IMG/VR virus record: IMGVR_UViG_3300002143_000172
Location: 1-64,000 of that record
Origin: a virus
DNA length: 64,000 nt
Strand: one strand, 5' to 3'
Numbering within the stretch: position 1 is the stretch's first letter; every line of letters begins with the position of its first letter. Made by a program: the position numbers and the translations under genes. This document shows positions 53,429-63,572 of this stretch, in pieces. The notes beneath the pieces were generated by a model. The model did not search any database. It saw nothing but the letters and a program-made list of their open reading frames with translations, and was not told where the DNA came from.

Positions 53429-55480
53429 TTACTTGCTCGTTGCCCTAAAAATTCCGTCCCAATCAGCAGTAAGATTGGCATGACGCATTTCGTTAATTCG
53501 TTCAACCCATAAATCATAGTAGTGGTCCATGTAACCATTGAATTGACCACGCAGTTGGCTAACCGCTAATAAAGCAACATCCCAATTTTGTGTCCTGTAT
53601 GCATAAAGCATAGTATTATGTTGTTCTCTTGCTCGCTCCCACATATCCATATTAAATTCTGGATTATAGAATACTGTGTAAATGGTAACGCCGTCCTTCT
53701 TACCTTTAACAGCGATACAGTCTAGTTCTATAGTAAAGTATTCTCCATCAAGTCTTTCTGCTGTTGTAGGTCCGAGGACAATTAACACACCGTAATTTTT
53801 ACTCTGTCCTTCTAGGCGTGATGAAAGATTAACGGCATCTCCGAGACAGGTGTAATCAAATCTCTGTTCTCCTCCCATATTACCAACTACAACAACACCA
53901 GTATTACAACCAATACCAAGCCCAAAAGGAGGAACCCCTTCTTTACCAATTTCTTCATTAAATATCTTAACTGCATCTAACATCTCCAGTGCGGCTTTAA
54001 CACTATCTTTTGCATGTTTATGGTTGTCTAATGGTGCATTCCAAAAGCTCATAGTAGCATCGCCGATATACTTGTCTAGCGTTCCTTCATTTTCAAGAAT
54101 AACTTTTGTTACTACAGTCATATAACGATTCATGATTTTAGTAAGGCCTTGCACATCGGCGCCATAGTGCTCGCTGATACTAGTAAATCCACGGACATCA
54201 CTAAATTGAATTGTTAAGTCTTGACTATCGCCACCTAGTCTTAGTAAACTAGGATCCTTAACAAGTTTAGCAACCAAGTCCGGACTCAAATAACTACCGA
54301 ATTGTTTTTTAATCTGTTGCTTTTGTAAGAACTCACTGACGAACTTGACCATGTAGGCATGCAGAGCGACCAAAACTATGCCAACGGCAAAAGCAGTACT
54401 GTCGAATAGGTAAAGGTAATGGCTGTAAGCAAACATGCTACCGTAGATAACACCGCCAACCACAACAACCGTTGCCACAATACCTACATAAGTCCACCTC
54501 ATTAAAAATATTAAAAGAATACCTGCAAACAACATAGAATAAGTTTCTAACTCATCTGCATATCCGGGTCGCTGTATGCTAGTTCCGGAAATCATTGTTC
54601 CCAACAAACTAGCCTGTAGATCCTGGGGCCATATTTCTCCACGGCTAGTAGCAACGGGTTGTACTAGCCCGGCGGCGCTTAATCCTACGATAACAATCTC
54701 ACCGTTAAAATCTTTGGGCAATTTTGCCAGGCTGTGTTGTTTAGGTTGTTGGCTCCAATCGATCCATATTCGACTTAGTGAATCTACTGTGATTTTGCTT
54801 AACTTAGGAACACGGAGTGCTTCGACTCCCTCTTCACCTATTTTAACCTGTATCTTAGTGTCTCCCACTGCAATACGCAATGCATCTAATGACATAGCAG
54901 GATGTATAGTATCTTCGCTCATAATCAGCAAAGGCATACGGCGAACTACACCGTCAATTTCTGGAAAGGTATTTACGATTCCCTTGCCCGCGGCTTTTTC
55001 TTGTAGCATAGGAAGGTTAGCAATGATACCGGGATACTCAACCATTGTGCCGCCGGGTGCGTTCCCAATAACCTGCACTGCTGTTCCAAAGGTTTTATTT
55101 TTACCTTTGACGCTGGCAACTTCGGGTAATACTACAGGATATTTTTCTAGTACTTGGGCCAGTTGATTATCTTGACCAAACCTGTCTTTCTCAGGCATGA
55201 GGATATTAAGGACAACGAGTCCAGCATTTCTATCATACAGGTCTTTAATAATATTAGCATAGGTGCCCCTTGGAAAAGGAAATTGACCATACTTGTCTAA
55301 CGCATCTTCGTCAATATTAACCGTATGTACAGCGATATCTTTAACAGGCTGGCTAGTTACCAATTGATCAAAATAGCGTAGTCTTACAGATTCTATAAAA
55401 CTAGGATCTGTCCATCTTAAACATACCATTATGGCTAAGGTGATTAGTGCTGTCCACGGATTCAGTAATAGTTTTTTCAT
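53429..55480 (-). CDS. CHASE2-domain class III adenylate/guanylate cyclase
   Basis: DGVVRR, TM segments, FSDVRGFT, DKYIGD, GDAVNLSSRLE, VKGK. Confidence 0.92.
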   Translation of the reverse strand: MKKLLLNPWTALITLAIMVCLRWTDPSFIESVRLRYFDQLVTSQPVKDIAVHTVNIDEDALDKYGQFPFPRGTYANIIKDLYDRNAGLVVLNILMPEKDRFGQDNQLAQVLEKYPVVLPEVASVKGKNKTFGTAVQVIGNAPGGTMVEYPGIIANLPMLQEKAAGKGIVNTFPEIDGVVRRMPLLIMSEDTIHPAMSLDALRIAVGDTKIQVKIGEEGVEALRVPKLSKITVDSLSRIWIDWSQQPKQHSLAKLPKDFNGEIVIVGLSAAGLVQPVATSRGEIWPQDLQASLLGTMISGTSIQRPGYADELETYSMLFAGILLIFLMRWTYVGIVATVVVVGGVIYGSMFAYSHYLYLFDSTAFAVGIVLVALHAYMVKFVSEFLQKQQIKKQFGSYLSPDLVAKLVKDPSLLRLGGDSQDLTIQFSDVRGFTSISEHYGADVQGLTKIMNRYMTVVTKVILENEGTLDKYIGDATMSFWNAPLDNHKHAKDSVKAALEMLDAVKIFNEEIGKEGVPPFGLGIGCNTGVVVVGNMGGEQRFDYTCLGDAVNLSSRLEGQSKNYGVLIVLGPTTAERLDGEYFTIELDCIAVKGKKDGVTIYTVFYNPEFNMDMWERAREQHNTMLYAYRTQNWDVALLAVSQLRGQFNGYMDHYYDLWVERINEMRHANLTADWDGIFRATSK

Positions 55481-55532
55481 AGTCAAATATTTAGTCAAGA
55501 TAATAGGGCCGAAGCCCTATCGATTGTTAATG

Positions 55533-56522
55533 TTACTTAACCTGTTGTGCCCAATCTTTGCGGATCTGCGTTTTAACATGTTCGGGTAAAGGAACATAGT
55601 CTAGCTCAATTGCCGATTTGTTACCTTTAGTAAATGCCCAGTCAAAGAACTTAACTACTTCTTTAGTGTTAGCATTGCCTTCTTTAAATATCAGAATAAA
55701 TGTAGCCGCTGTTATTGGCCAGCCACCTTTGTTGTTTAAGTTAACAGCCATACCTGGTGTTTTCCAATCTGCTGACTTTGCGGCTTCGGCAAAAGTTGTA
55801 TCATCTGGTTCTACTGGTTTGCCTTTCTTATCTAGCATACGAACATAGTTCATCTTAGCCTGTTTAACATACGCATACTCTACATAACCGATCGTACCCT
55901 GTAATTGCTGTGTAAATGCCGCAACCCCTGCATTGCCTTTGCCAGCTGTGGTCTGTTGTGATTTCCAACTAACTGCCTTACCGGCGCCTATTTCATTTTT
56001 AAATTCTGTGCTAACCTGTGATAGATAGTCTGTAAAAACCGCTGTTGTTCCGCTACCATCTGCACGAACAACACGAATTATTGATTGGTCAGGAAGCGAA
56101 AGTTTTGGATTCAGCTTCTTGATCGCAGGATCGTTCCAATTGTTAATCTTACCCTGGAAAATATCTGCTAGTGTTTTTCCATCTAGAACTAATTGCCCAA
56201 TTTCAATACCTTTGATATTAATAACAGGAACCACTCCGCCGATCGCGGTAGGGAATTGATTATAGCCTTTGACTTTTATTTCTTCTGCGGTCATTGGATC
56301 GTCTGTTGCACCAAAATCGAGAGTTTTAGCCTCCATTTGTTTAATGCCGCCGGCTGAACCAATTGCTTGGTAATTTATTTTAATGCCGGTTTCTCTGTGG
56401 TATTCACCTGCCCATTTACTATAGATAGGTGCGGCAAATGTTGACCCGCCGCCGTTGATTACTGTCTGTGCCTGTGTGGACATTGCCACCATTGATAATA
56501 GAATAGCAAATAATTTTTTCAC
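55533..56522 (-). CDS. pstS: phosphate ABC transporter substrate-binding protein
   Basis: GGGSTF, DFGATD, RADGSGTT, IGYVE, WPI. Confidence 0.95.
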   Translation of the reverse strand: MKKLFAILLSMVAMSTQAQTVINGGGSTFAAPIYSKWAGEYHRETGIKINYQAIGSAGGIKQMEAKTLDFGATDDPMTAEEIKVKGYNQFPTAIGGVVPVINIKGIEIGQLVLDGKTLADIFQGKINNWNDPAIKKLNPKLSLPDQSIIRVVRADGSGTTAVFTDYLSQVSTEFKNEIGAGKAVSWKSQQTTAGKGNAGVAAFTQQLQGTIGYVEYAYVKQAKMNYVRMLDKKGKPVEPDDTTFAEAAKSADWKTPGMAVNLNNKGGWPITAATFILIFKEGNANTKEVVKFFDWAFTKGNKSAIELDYVPLPEHVKTQIRKDWAQQVK

Positions 56523-56574
56523 TGTAAATCTCCTTTAGTTAGTGAATATGTGTGCGATCGCACATTACTATTTA

Positions 56575-56603
56575 AACACAAAGAGATTACAATATTATTA
56601 CAA
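56575..56603 (-). promoter_or_regulatory. pho-box-like direct repeats
   Basis: TTGTAAT-N4-TTGTAAT-N4-TTGTGTT with 11-bp period upstream of pstS. Confidence 0.7.
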
Positions 56604-56610
56604 TAATCAA

Positions 56611-56642
56611 GAAAAAAGCCCATACCGGGCTTTTTCTTTTTT
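56611..56642. terminator. bidirectional terminator
   Basis: A-tract-GCCC-loop-GGGC-T-tract. Confidence 0.7.
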
Positions 56643-56653
56643 GCTATATGTAA

Positions 56654-57805
56654 TTACTGTTGACCTTGCGTCACGCTAACTGAACATCCGCTCAATGTGG
56701 CACATTGTTGAGTGATATTGATATTTTGTGCTGAAGAACCTTGTTGTACTACTCCGACAGTACTGGCACCACCAACATTGGTTAGATTGATAGTGGCTTT
56801 ATGACTACCTGCATCCCTTTGATTTACAGTGACACTATGGCCGTTGCCACTTAGTGCAAGGTCAAGGTAACTGCCGTTTCCTTGTTGACTGATATCAAAC
56901 ACATTGCTGTTACCATTTACTACTCCAAAGAATATCTTTTCGCCGTTGCCACTTTGTTTTAATGACCCTTGATTACTGTTGCCTACGATATCAATTAACG
57001 CAAAGTGTCCAGAAGAACTAGCACCGTCATTACTTTGTTTAGCGACTACGGTATTGGTATTTCCCGAGACATTCAATCCTAGATAGTGACCGCCGCTTTC
57101 GCTACCATCCTGTAGCCCTGTACTAGGACTCCGTGCTTGCCATACACTGATCGTATTAGAGTCCCCGGCTATGCTAAATTCAATTTGATTTTTCCCGCCC
57201 CCATCACCTTGTTTGATATTAATATTATTACTGCTACCGTTAAGAACAGCATAGTTGGCTCCCAACCCGCTTATCCGATTATAAAAACCTGTTTGCTCTA
57301 TTGTTGTACTGTTATTAGCACTACCTGTCTTAACATCTAAGTTAATTGAATTATTATTGAATAAGTTACCTACATTGGTTTTTGCACTATTGACCACTAT
57401 TGTCTGTGGATTAGTGATATTACTATCATATGATACAGAGCCACCGCCCACTATTACTGGCGGTGGAGGTGGACTGGCAAAACTATAATATCTTCCTGAG
57501 TCCGGCCAAGCTACATTGCCACTACTATCCCTTGTATAAAGTAATAAGGTATCACTGTCGGGTTGTGTGGCATGGTCAATTACATAGCTAGTGCCAGCAC
57601 ATTCTGCGCTAGTACAAGTTGCTGTCCATCCGGATAGATTGTTAAGTCCTTGGGCTACTAATGAATCAAACTCATTGGGATTATTTCCGCGATAGACAAA
57701 TATATAATCACTACCCTGTCCGCTAACATTCATAGCAGGGCCAACCGAAACAGCGCGGACATTGCTAGATATCAGTAAGAGTAGGATTAGTAAAAACTTT
57801 TTCAT
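56654..57805 (-). CDS. curlin-repeat secreted protein
   Basis: signal peptide; repeated QxGxxN units. Confidence 0.75.
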   Translation of the reverse strand: MKKFLLILLLLISSNVRAVSVGPAMNVSGQGSDYIFVYRGNNPNEFDSLVAQGLNNLSGWTATCTSAECAGTSYVIDHATQPDSDTLLLYTRDSSGNVAWPDSGRYYSFASPPPPPVIVGGGSVSYDSNITNPQTIVVNSAKTNVGNLFNNNSINLDVKTGSANNSTTIEQTGFYNRISGLGANYAVLNGSSNNINIKQGDGGGKNQIEFSIAGDSNTISVWQARSPSTGLQDGSESGGHYLGLNVSGNTNTVVAKQSNDGASSSGHFALIDIVGNSNQGSLKQSGNGEKIFFGVVNGNSNVFDISQQGNGSYLDLALSGNGHSVTVNQRDAGSHKATINLTNVGGASTVGVVQQGSSAQNINITQQCATLSGCSVSVTQGQQ

Positions 57806-58932
57806 CTGTAGCTCTGATTAATAACAATCGTTCCGTATGATTTACTGCTTTGGCTGTTAAAGTTGTAAGCATCAGTCTGTCGATCTTGCGTCACTATAAC
57901 CAATGCTTGTGAGTCCATGGATAGTTTTATGTCTACGAAATTACCGGCATTCTGTGTCGTGCTGGTATAACCCCATCCTATTTGCAGAGTCTGGCTGGCA
58001 TCTTTCCAGACTTTATATACATGGTCATTTCCAGTCGATAGATCAGTCACTGCTATATCTAATGATTTAGTATCGATCATCGCCTTGTTTCGATCTCCAT
58101 CTTCTTGTTCTTGCCTTGCCCGCCCCTGTCTTTGTTTATCTTGCTGATCTTTTGAAGCCTGTTGTTCTTCTTTACCGTGATCTTTATCGTCTTTATCATC
58201 TTTGCCGTCTTTATTGCCCTGTCGATCCTTAGTCTTATCCACGGCTGCTCTTGCTGCCGCTACGATGTTCTTACCACCTTCTGTTTTAGGTTGATTTAAT
58301 AATAAGTTTGTACCTATGGCCGTACCTGTTAAACTAACAACTATTGGAGGACTAGGTGCCGCGCCCAGTGTTTCGACCATAGTAGCTTGGAAAGGTTTAT
58401 CCATGGTAACTGTGCCATTACCACTATTAACATCGATCCTACCACTACTACATTTTCCACCCATTGGATCGCAGCCTGCATTTGGCATCAATATGACCAT
58501 AGATGATCCTATTTCATTCACTGCCATAACAAAGTCTGTGCCTCGTACAGCAATGCTAGCCGTAGGTGTTTTAATGTTTACTGACTTGGGATCGTTGTGT
58601 GCTATCTTGCCAGATGCATATCTGACTGTGCCTGCGGCTGCTTTGAGTCCTAACTTACCTGCACCGCTTTTAGGATCGTATACAAAATCGTCTATAACTA
58701 GTGCGCTATGCTCTGTAACTTTAACACTGGTATCATCTTTAAAAATAATAGTAAGACTACCATTTTTAGTTTCTATTTTATCATTCATCTCTATCTCTGC
58801 GCCTTTAGCTACAGAGATAGTTTCCTTACCTCGTTTGATTTGTGCTGATCCTGAAAGTTCAGTCACAGATCCTATACCTGCGTAACATTCTCCCGCAAGA
58901 AATAGTCCCAAGAGAAAGAGAGCAAGTCTCAT
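57802..58932 (-). CDS. FecR-domain protein
   Basis: IKTPTASIAVRGTDF. Confidence 0.85.
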   Translation of the reverse strand: MRLALFLLGLFLAGECYAGIGSVTELSGSAQIKRGKETISVAKGAEIEMNDKIETKNGSLTIIFKDDTSVKVTEHSALVIDDFVYDPKSGAGKLGLKAAAGTVRYASGKIAHNDPKSVNIKTPTASIAVRGTDFVMAVNEIGSSMVILMPNAGCDPMGGKCSSGRIDVNSGNGTVTMDKPFQATMVETLGAAPSPPIVVSLTGTAIGTNLLLNQPKTEGGKNIVAAARAAVDKTKDRQGNKDGKDDKDDKDHGKEEQQASKDQQDKQRQGRARQEQEDGDRNKAMIDTKSLDIAVTDLSTGNDHVYKVWKDASQTLQIGWGYTSTTQNAGNFVDIKLSMDSQALVIVTQDRQTDAYNFNSQSSKSYGTIVINQSYR

Positions 58933-58941
58933 TTTGCTCCT

Positions 58942-59751
58942 TTAGTTCTTTTGCAGTATATTAAATGTACCGCTAGTTGTTCCCGAAGTCTTGATGTTAA
59001 GGTAATTGTTAACACTTCCACTTTGCTCAATGTTCATTGTAGAACCAGTAGTTGATGCCATATCTAAAGCAATATGACTACCGCCGACCGCTGTGCTCTT
59101 TTGAGAAATATTAAATGTGTTACTATCACCAGTTAGACTAATAACCTGACTATGGTCATTACCAAGTTGATCAATAACAAAAGTGTTGGTATTGCCAGTT
59201 ACATCAATATGGCTAAACAAGTTGTCACCTGTACCCCTGTACTGAATGGAGTTCGTGTTGCCGGTAACTCTCCAGTTTATATCTGCTGCCTTACATCCTG
59301 TAAGTGCGGTGCTTCCATCACTAGCTGTTCCGTATCCGCAAGCGGCATCGACAATGTTGCTATCACCTAGTTGACGAATGGTAACTGTAGCACCTTGACT
59401 AGAACCAGATGTTGCATTAGTAACTTCTAAGTTAAGTGTATTGTTGTCACCACTCTGTATAGTGATAATACTTTGATCGATACCCCTCAAACGAACTGCT
59501 CGGCTGGCATCACCTGCGGTGTTACCCGACCCTTCTTGTGTCATATTGACATTGGGATTGGCACCACTTTGATCTAAATAGATCTTGTTGGTTGTTCCAC
59601 TTAATGCCGCTGTGGCTGCTGAAGTGGCTGTTCCGGGAGCATTCATCGATGGAATGGTCGGAGATGTCGGTGCAGTTACCGTAGTCTGTGCCATACTAAC
59701 CATAGGTAGTAAGCAGGTTGCTATTAGTAATGCTATTAGTGTTTTTTTCAT
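58942..59751 (-). CDS. curlin-repeat (CsgA/B-like) protein
   Basis: signal peptide; QxGxxN repeats. Confidence 0.75.
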   Translation of the reverse strand: MKKTLIALLIATCLLPMVSMAQTTVTAPTSPTIPSMNAPGTATSAATAALSGTTNKIYLDQSGANPNVNMTQEGSGNTAGDASRAVRLRGIDQSIITIQSGDNNTLNLEVTNATSGSSQGATVTIRQLGDSNIVDAACGYGTASDGSTALTGCKAADINWRVTGNTNSIQYRGTGDNLFSHIDVTGNTNTFVIDQLGNDHSQVISLTGDSNTFNISQKSTAVGGSHIALDMASTTGSTMNIEQSGSVNNYLNIKTSGTTSGTFNILQKN

Positions 59752-59803
59752 AATTTTGGTCCTTTAAGGTTGGTGTTAGTGTAAATTACCTTCCTATGTT
59801 ATT

Positions 59804-60658
59804 TTACTTAATTGGGTCCTTTTCAAACTTTAATCCTAAGTCCGATTTAGTTTCCGTAGGAACCTCCTTGTACTTCCACAGTCCTTGTTGCTCACCCTTC
59901 TTTAACATCTCGGTTATCCCAGTTTCAATAGCTGAACGCAGAGCATAGTTACCGGGTTCGTTAAATGTTTGGCTTGAATCAAATTCAAATGCTTCTGTTG
60001 CTTTGTTAAAAAATTTCAACGCAGTTATACCATCACTGGTGCTGAGTAGGTTCTTTTCTATCGTAACCGTGGTTAATATCTCTCCGCTGGTTACACTGAC
60101 TAATCGTAAACTAATCACAACAAGATCTTGTGTGTATTGCGTAAATGGGCCTATGCCTAAAAATCTGGCACCGGTTCCCCCTGTCAGAGTATTTGAATTA
60201 TAGTCAATTATACCACCTTCAATAATAACACCAGCTAGGGTTAATGGGGGCAACATCTTTGCCTTGTCGCCATCATAAATCTCGCGTGTCTGCTTGATCA
60301 TCTGTCTTTCTTTTAACAGGTTATCTAGCCCCACACGCTCAACAACGGTAAACCATTTTCCATTACTTGCTTCCTTCAAACTCTTGATCATGTATGCTTC
60401 AGCGCCTTGTGTAACTGCGGTGCTGAACAAACTCAATGTAGAGCTAGGTTTTCTCTGTCCTGTTAAATCTTTAAATCCATAAACTGCTACTGTGATAGGA
60501 GGACCTGCTGGTTCTGGAATATCTTTAAAGCCTTTGTTGATCATTCCAGAAACAGTGGCTTCGCCTTCGATACCAATATCACTCAACGGTCGTATAGTTG
60601 AACAACCTACAAGTGCTGTTAGTGCCAGCGTTAAAAGTGTATTTTTAAATAAGTTCAT
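59804..60658 (-). CDS. csgG: curli secretion channel lipoprotein
   Basis: lipobox LVGC, FKDLTGQRK, STAVTQG, VVERVGLDNLLKERQ. Confidence 0.92.
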   Translation of the reverse strand: MNLFKNTLLTLALTALVGCSTIRPLSDIGIEGEATVSGMINKGFKDIPEPAGPPITVAVYGFKDLTGQRKPSSTLSLFSTAVTQGAEAYMIKSLKEASNGKWFTVVERVGLDNLLKERQMIKQTREIYDGDKAKMLPPLTLAGVIIEGGIIDYNSNTLTGGTGARFLGIGPFTQYTQDLVVISLRLVSVTSGEILTTVTIEKNLLSTSDGITALKFFNKATEAFEFDSSQTFNEPGNYALRSAIETGITEMLKKGEQQGLWKYKEVPTETKSDLGLKFEKDPIK

Positions 60659-60667
60659 TGATACCCT

Positions 60668-61144
60668 TTAAAATCCAAAACTAGCAATTGGTACTATAAC
60701 CGTTGTTACGGTTCCCTTAGAATCAACGACAGTTAATGTAACTTTATCAATAGTCTTTGTCCAAGTTACTGTGTTGCCGTCTAGCAAGAAATTACCTGTA
60801 GTTGGGTTAGTACATCCGGGTATTGTTCCACCATCTGCTGCCGCACAGTTATTTTTAAATAGGTTGTTACTTAATTGAGTTGATAACTGTGCGTAAACTT
60901 GGCTTTGGAACAAGCTCATAAATCTATTCAAAGGGGTATTTAAAAGTTCAGATTCTGCTTTTGCGATGTCTGATTTCTTTTGGGCGTCAATTGTGTCTCT
61001 GCGTGACTTTTCAATGCTGTCAATAGTCAACACATGACTGCTGTACCCTGCGCCACTAAAGGCGGGGTTCTTAAATTGTTGAACTAATTCGGCCGATGCG
61101 GTTCCGCTTAGTAACAAGCATAACGATACTAAGTGTAATCTCAT
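60668..61144 (-). CDS. csgF: curli assembly protein
   Basis: ELVQQFKNPAFSG after signal peptide, adjacent to csgG. Confidence 0.85.
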   Translation of the reverse strand: MRLHLVSLCLLLSGTASAELVQQFKNPAFSGAGYSSHVLTIDSIEKSRRDTIDAQKKSDIAKAESELLNTPLNRFMSLFQSQVYAQLSTQLSNNLFKNNCAAADGGTIPGCTNPTTGNFLLDGNTVTWTKTIDKVTLTVVDSKGTVTTVIVPIASFGF

Positions 61145-61190
61145 GAATAACTCCTTTTACCAAGTATTTAGTAATTTTTAAGGAAAATTA

Positions 61191-61562
61191 TTAGAGTATT
61201 AAGAGGTACCAGGCGATTGCTATGTAGGATATTTGGTGAGCCATTTGGTCTAGACCAAATTGATTCCAAAATAGTGGTTTGGTATTATCTTTACAGCCGT
61301 ATCTAACCTTGGTGTAGTCAACTAGATAATGGTATATGCCCTCTATGGCTACTATTGCTAGGAGAGTTAGGGGTGCTATTGGATGTATGAACGAAAACAA
61401 CAGTAGCACAACTAAAGACGATAGCATATGGTCTCTAGTATGTGTCATTCCAATCGGATCTAACCATACACCCTTTTTAATGGTCTGCATGTAAGTTTGA
61501 ATCTTAAAGTCAGCAAACCAGTGCTTGACTTGTAGAAGGAATAGGAGTAATAGGATTTCCAT
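61191..61562 (-). CDS. DUF3307 family membrane protein
   Basis: KHWFADF, HYLVDYTK, GLDQMAH. Confidence 0.8.
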   Translation of the reverse strand: MEILLLLFLLQVKHWFADFKIQTYMQTIKKGVWLDPIGMTHTRDHMLSSLVVLLLFSFIHPIAPLTLLAIVAIEGIYHYLVDYTKVRYGCKDNTKPLFWNQFGLDQMAHQISYIAIAWYLLIL

Positions 61563-61616
61563 CGTTAAGTATTTATATATCTACTTAACTTATGTATATA
61601 CTTATTTGAGCAAAAA

Positions 61617-62888
61617 TTACACAGTAGGCTGGTCTTGGGCTGTTTTTACAATACTTGTTTGTGGATATGCATATTGCCCGTCGTTGGCAATAGGATATGC
61701 TGTGCCTACGTGTAGACGCAAACCGCCAGCATTTAGGCTTGCATTATCCACAAAGAAGGTGAAAGTTGCAGGATTTATGGTAAGATCTATGTATAAAATA
61801 CCAGAATCTGTTTTATGTGCCATGTAGTTGTTTAGTACACCTACACCATATAATTGCTTTGCTTTACCAGAATTACCGCTTGTGATCGCTGTAACGACTG
61901 CTCCTGCATATTCCGGAACCTTAATAAAGATTTGATCTAGTACTTCGGTTAACTTTGCTTTGTATACAGCCTGCATGTCTGGAGTAAGTTTACCGTACAA
62001 TGTAATTAACCCATCAAGGTTAATACCTGATTTGGTTATCAGTCCTTTGGGAATCTTAGGTACTGCCGATGCTTTTGATTTAGCTTCAACTGTTGGAACT
62101 GGTTGTTCTGGTACCTCTGGCTGCGGAGCTATTACCGGCTGTGGAGCCACCGGTGTAGTTGGTTGTGTAGGAGCACTAGTAGGTTCTGCAGGCTGATCGT
62201 CTGCATAAGGTTTGAATGTTTTTATAAAATCGTTAACAGCATTTTGATAACCAGTACCTGGTTTAACTTGTCGATCAGTGAACCGTCCAGCACCGCCATC
62301 TGTTGTCTTAACTTCAACTGTGCCAAAATTTACAATCTCAATGTCACCTTTGTTTCCAGATGGGTTTTTAATGCGAGGACTTAACACTTTAAGCATAAAT
62401 TCGCCCTTGCCTTTACCTATGCTAGCAACTTGTAGCAAGTCGTCTGTTAATTCTTTAATAGCAGGATTATTGGAATAACCTCTTACAATTTGGTCAATTG
62501 TATGTGTGCCTTTTAGTAATAGGTCCACATTGATAAGACCCCCATCTTTCCACTGCGTTAACATGGATTTTTTATATTCCACCGGAGCATCAAGGCTAAC
62601 GATATATTTGGCCAGTAGTTCTTTGGCCGCCACAACATCTGCATCGGACCAAGAACCTAAATCAGTTAGTGCAGATTTTCTACGGCCGCCTAATTTAACA
62701 GTTGATAGAACATCATTAATTTCGTCTAATGCATGTTGTGTTTGTTCATCTGGTTCGAGTTCTTTAATCTTATGGACAATTGCCAGTTTAAGACTATACA
62801 ATGGATCCGATGTAGGGTCTCCAGGAGTAACCTGTGCAGGCGCCTGGTTTTTTGCTTCAATTAGTTTAAAGAATTCTTTTGCTCTCAT
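61617..62888 (-). CDS. hypothetical protein with PD-(D/E)XK-like motif and Pro-rich linker
   Basis: GKGEF...GDIE...VEVK. Confidence 0.6.
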   Translation of the reverse strand: MRAKEFFKLIEAKNQAPAQVTPGDPTSDPLYSLKLAIVHKIKELEPDEQTQHALDEINDVLSTVKLGGRRKSALTDLGSWSDADVVAAKELLAKYIVSLDAPVEYKKSMLTQWKDGGLINVDLLLKGTHTIDQIVRGYSNNPAIKELTDDLLQVASIGKGKGEFMLKVLSPRIKNPSGNKGDIEIVNFGTVEVKTTDGGAGRFTDRQVKPGTGYQNAVNDFIKTFKPYADDQPAEPTSAPTQPTTPVAPQPVIAPQPEVPEQPVPTVEAKSKASAVPKIPKGLITKSGINLDGLITLYGKLTPDMQAVYKAKLTEVLDQIFIKVPEYAGAVVTAITSGNSGKAKQLYGVGVLNNYMAHKTDSGILYIDLTINPATFTFFVDNASLNAGGLRLHVGTAYPIANDGQYAYPQTSIVKTAQDQPTV

Positions 62889-62897
62889 AATGAATAT

Positions 62898-63572
62898 TTA
62901 GCCAATTTCCGGGAACAACATTTCTTGTACATAGGCCTTAGCTTCTTCTTCGGTAAACCCTAGATGCTGTAAACTAGCAGGGGTTCGGGGATTTTGCTTT
63001 TGATAGTAGCAATAGCGATTATGTGACATATGATAGTCATTTGGCCATTCTTGCGTGTCACCCACGGTATCTAGGTAGTATTTTAGGGTAGTTAGCCCTA
63101 CATCAATAAACTCGTCTAATTCTTCAGAGTTTACAGCGCCAATGGCTACCATGTGATTACTAAAGATATATCTGGCCCATTCCGGTAGATCTCTGGGCTT
63201 ATTCCAGTCAATTCCAGCTACTTTATTGGCAAACCAACGGCACATTGGGTGGTTTTGATCCCCGGATGCACTGTAGTCGTGGAAAGCACCGCTTACCTTA
63301 GTGGGCCCGCATACAATGTCGAATCCGTAAATTGGACTAGAATCGTTAGTATGGGGGAATATGGTAACATGGAGAAGATAGAGCTTTTTAGATTCTCTCG
63401 CATCGATAGTACTTATATGCGCCCTACGATACCGTGAACTAGTGAATACGATATCATTAGAATTAATTTTACTATTTGGACGAACTTCTACAACTTCGCC
63501 ACTTTCTCTTAACTGCTTTTCTATTTTACCTGCACAGGCAATTACTTTGTCAAACAACGAGCTCATTATCAT
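62898..63572 (-). CDS. ferredoxin-dependent bilin reductase (PcyA/PcyX-like)
   Basis: YRRAHI, PIYGFD, GAFHD, RDLPEWA, YQKQNPRT. Confidence 0.85.
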   Translation of the reverse strand: MIMSSLFDKVIACAGKIEKQLRESGEVVEVRPNSKINSNDIVFTSSRYRRAHISTIDARESKKLYLLHVTIFPHTNDSSPIYGFDIVCGPTKVSGAFHDYSASGDQNHPMCRWFANKVAGIDWNKPRDLPEWARYIFSNHMVAIGAVNSEELDEFIDVGLTTLKYYLDTVGDTQEWPNDYHMSHNRYCYYQKQNPRTPASLQHLGFTEEEAKAYVQEMLFPEIG

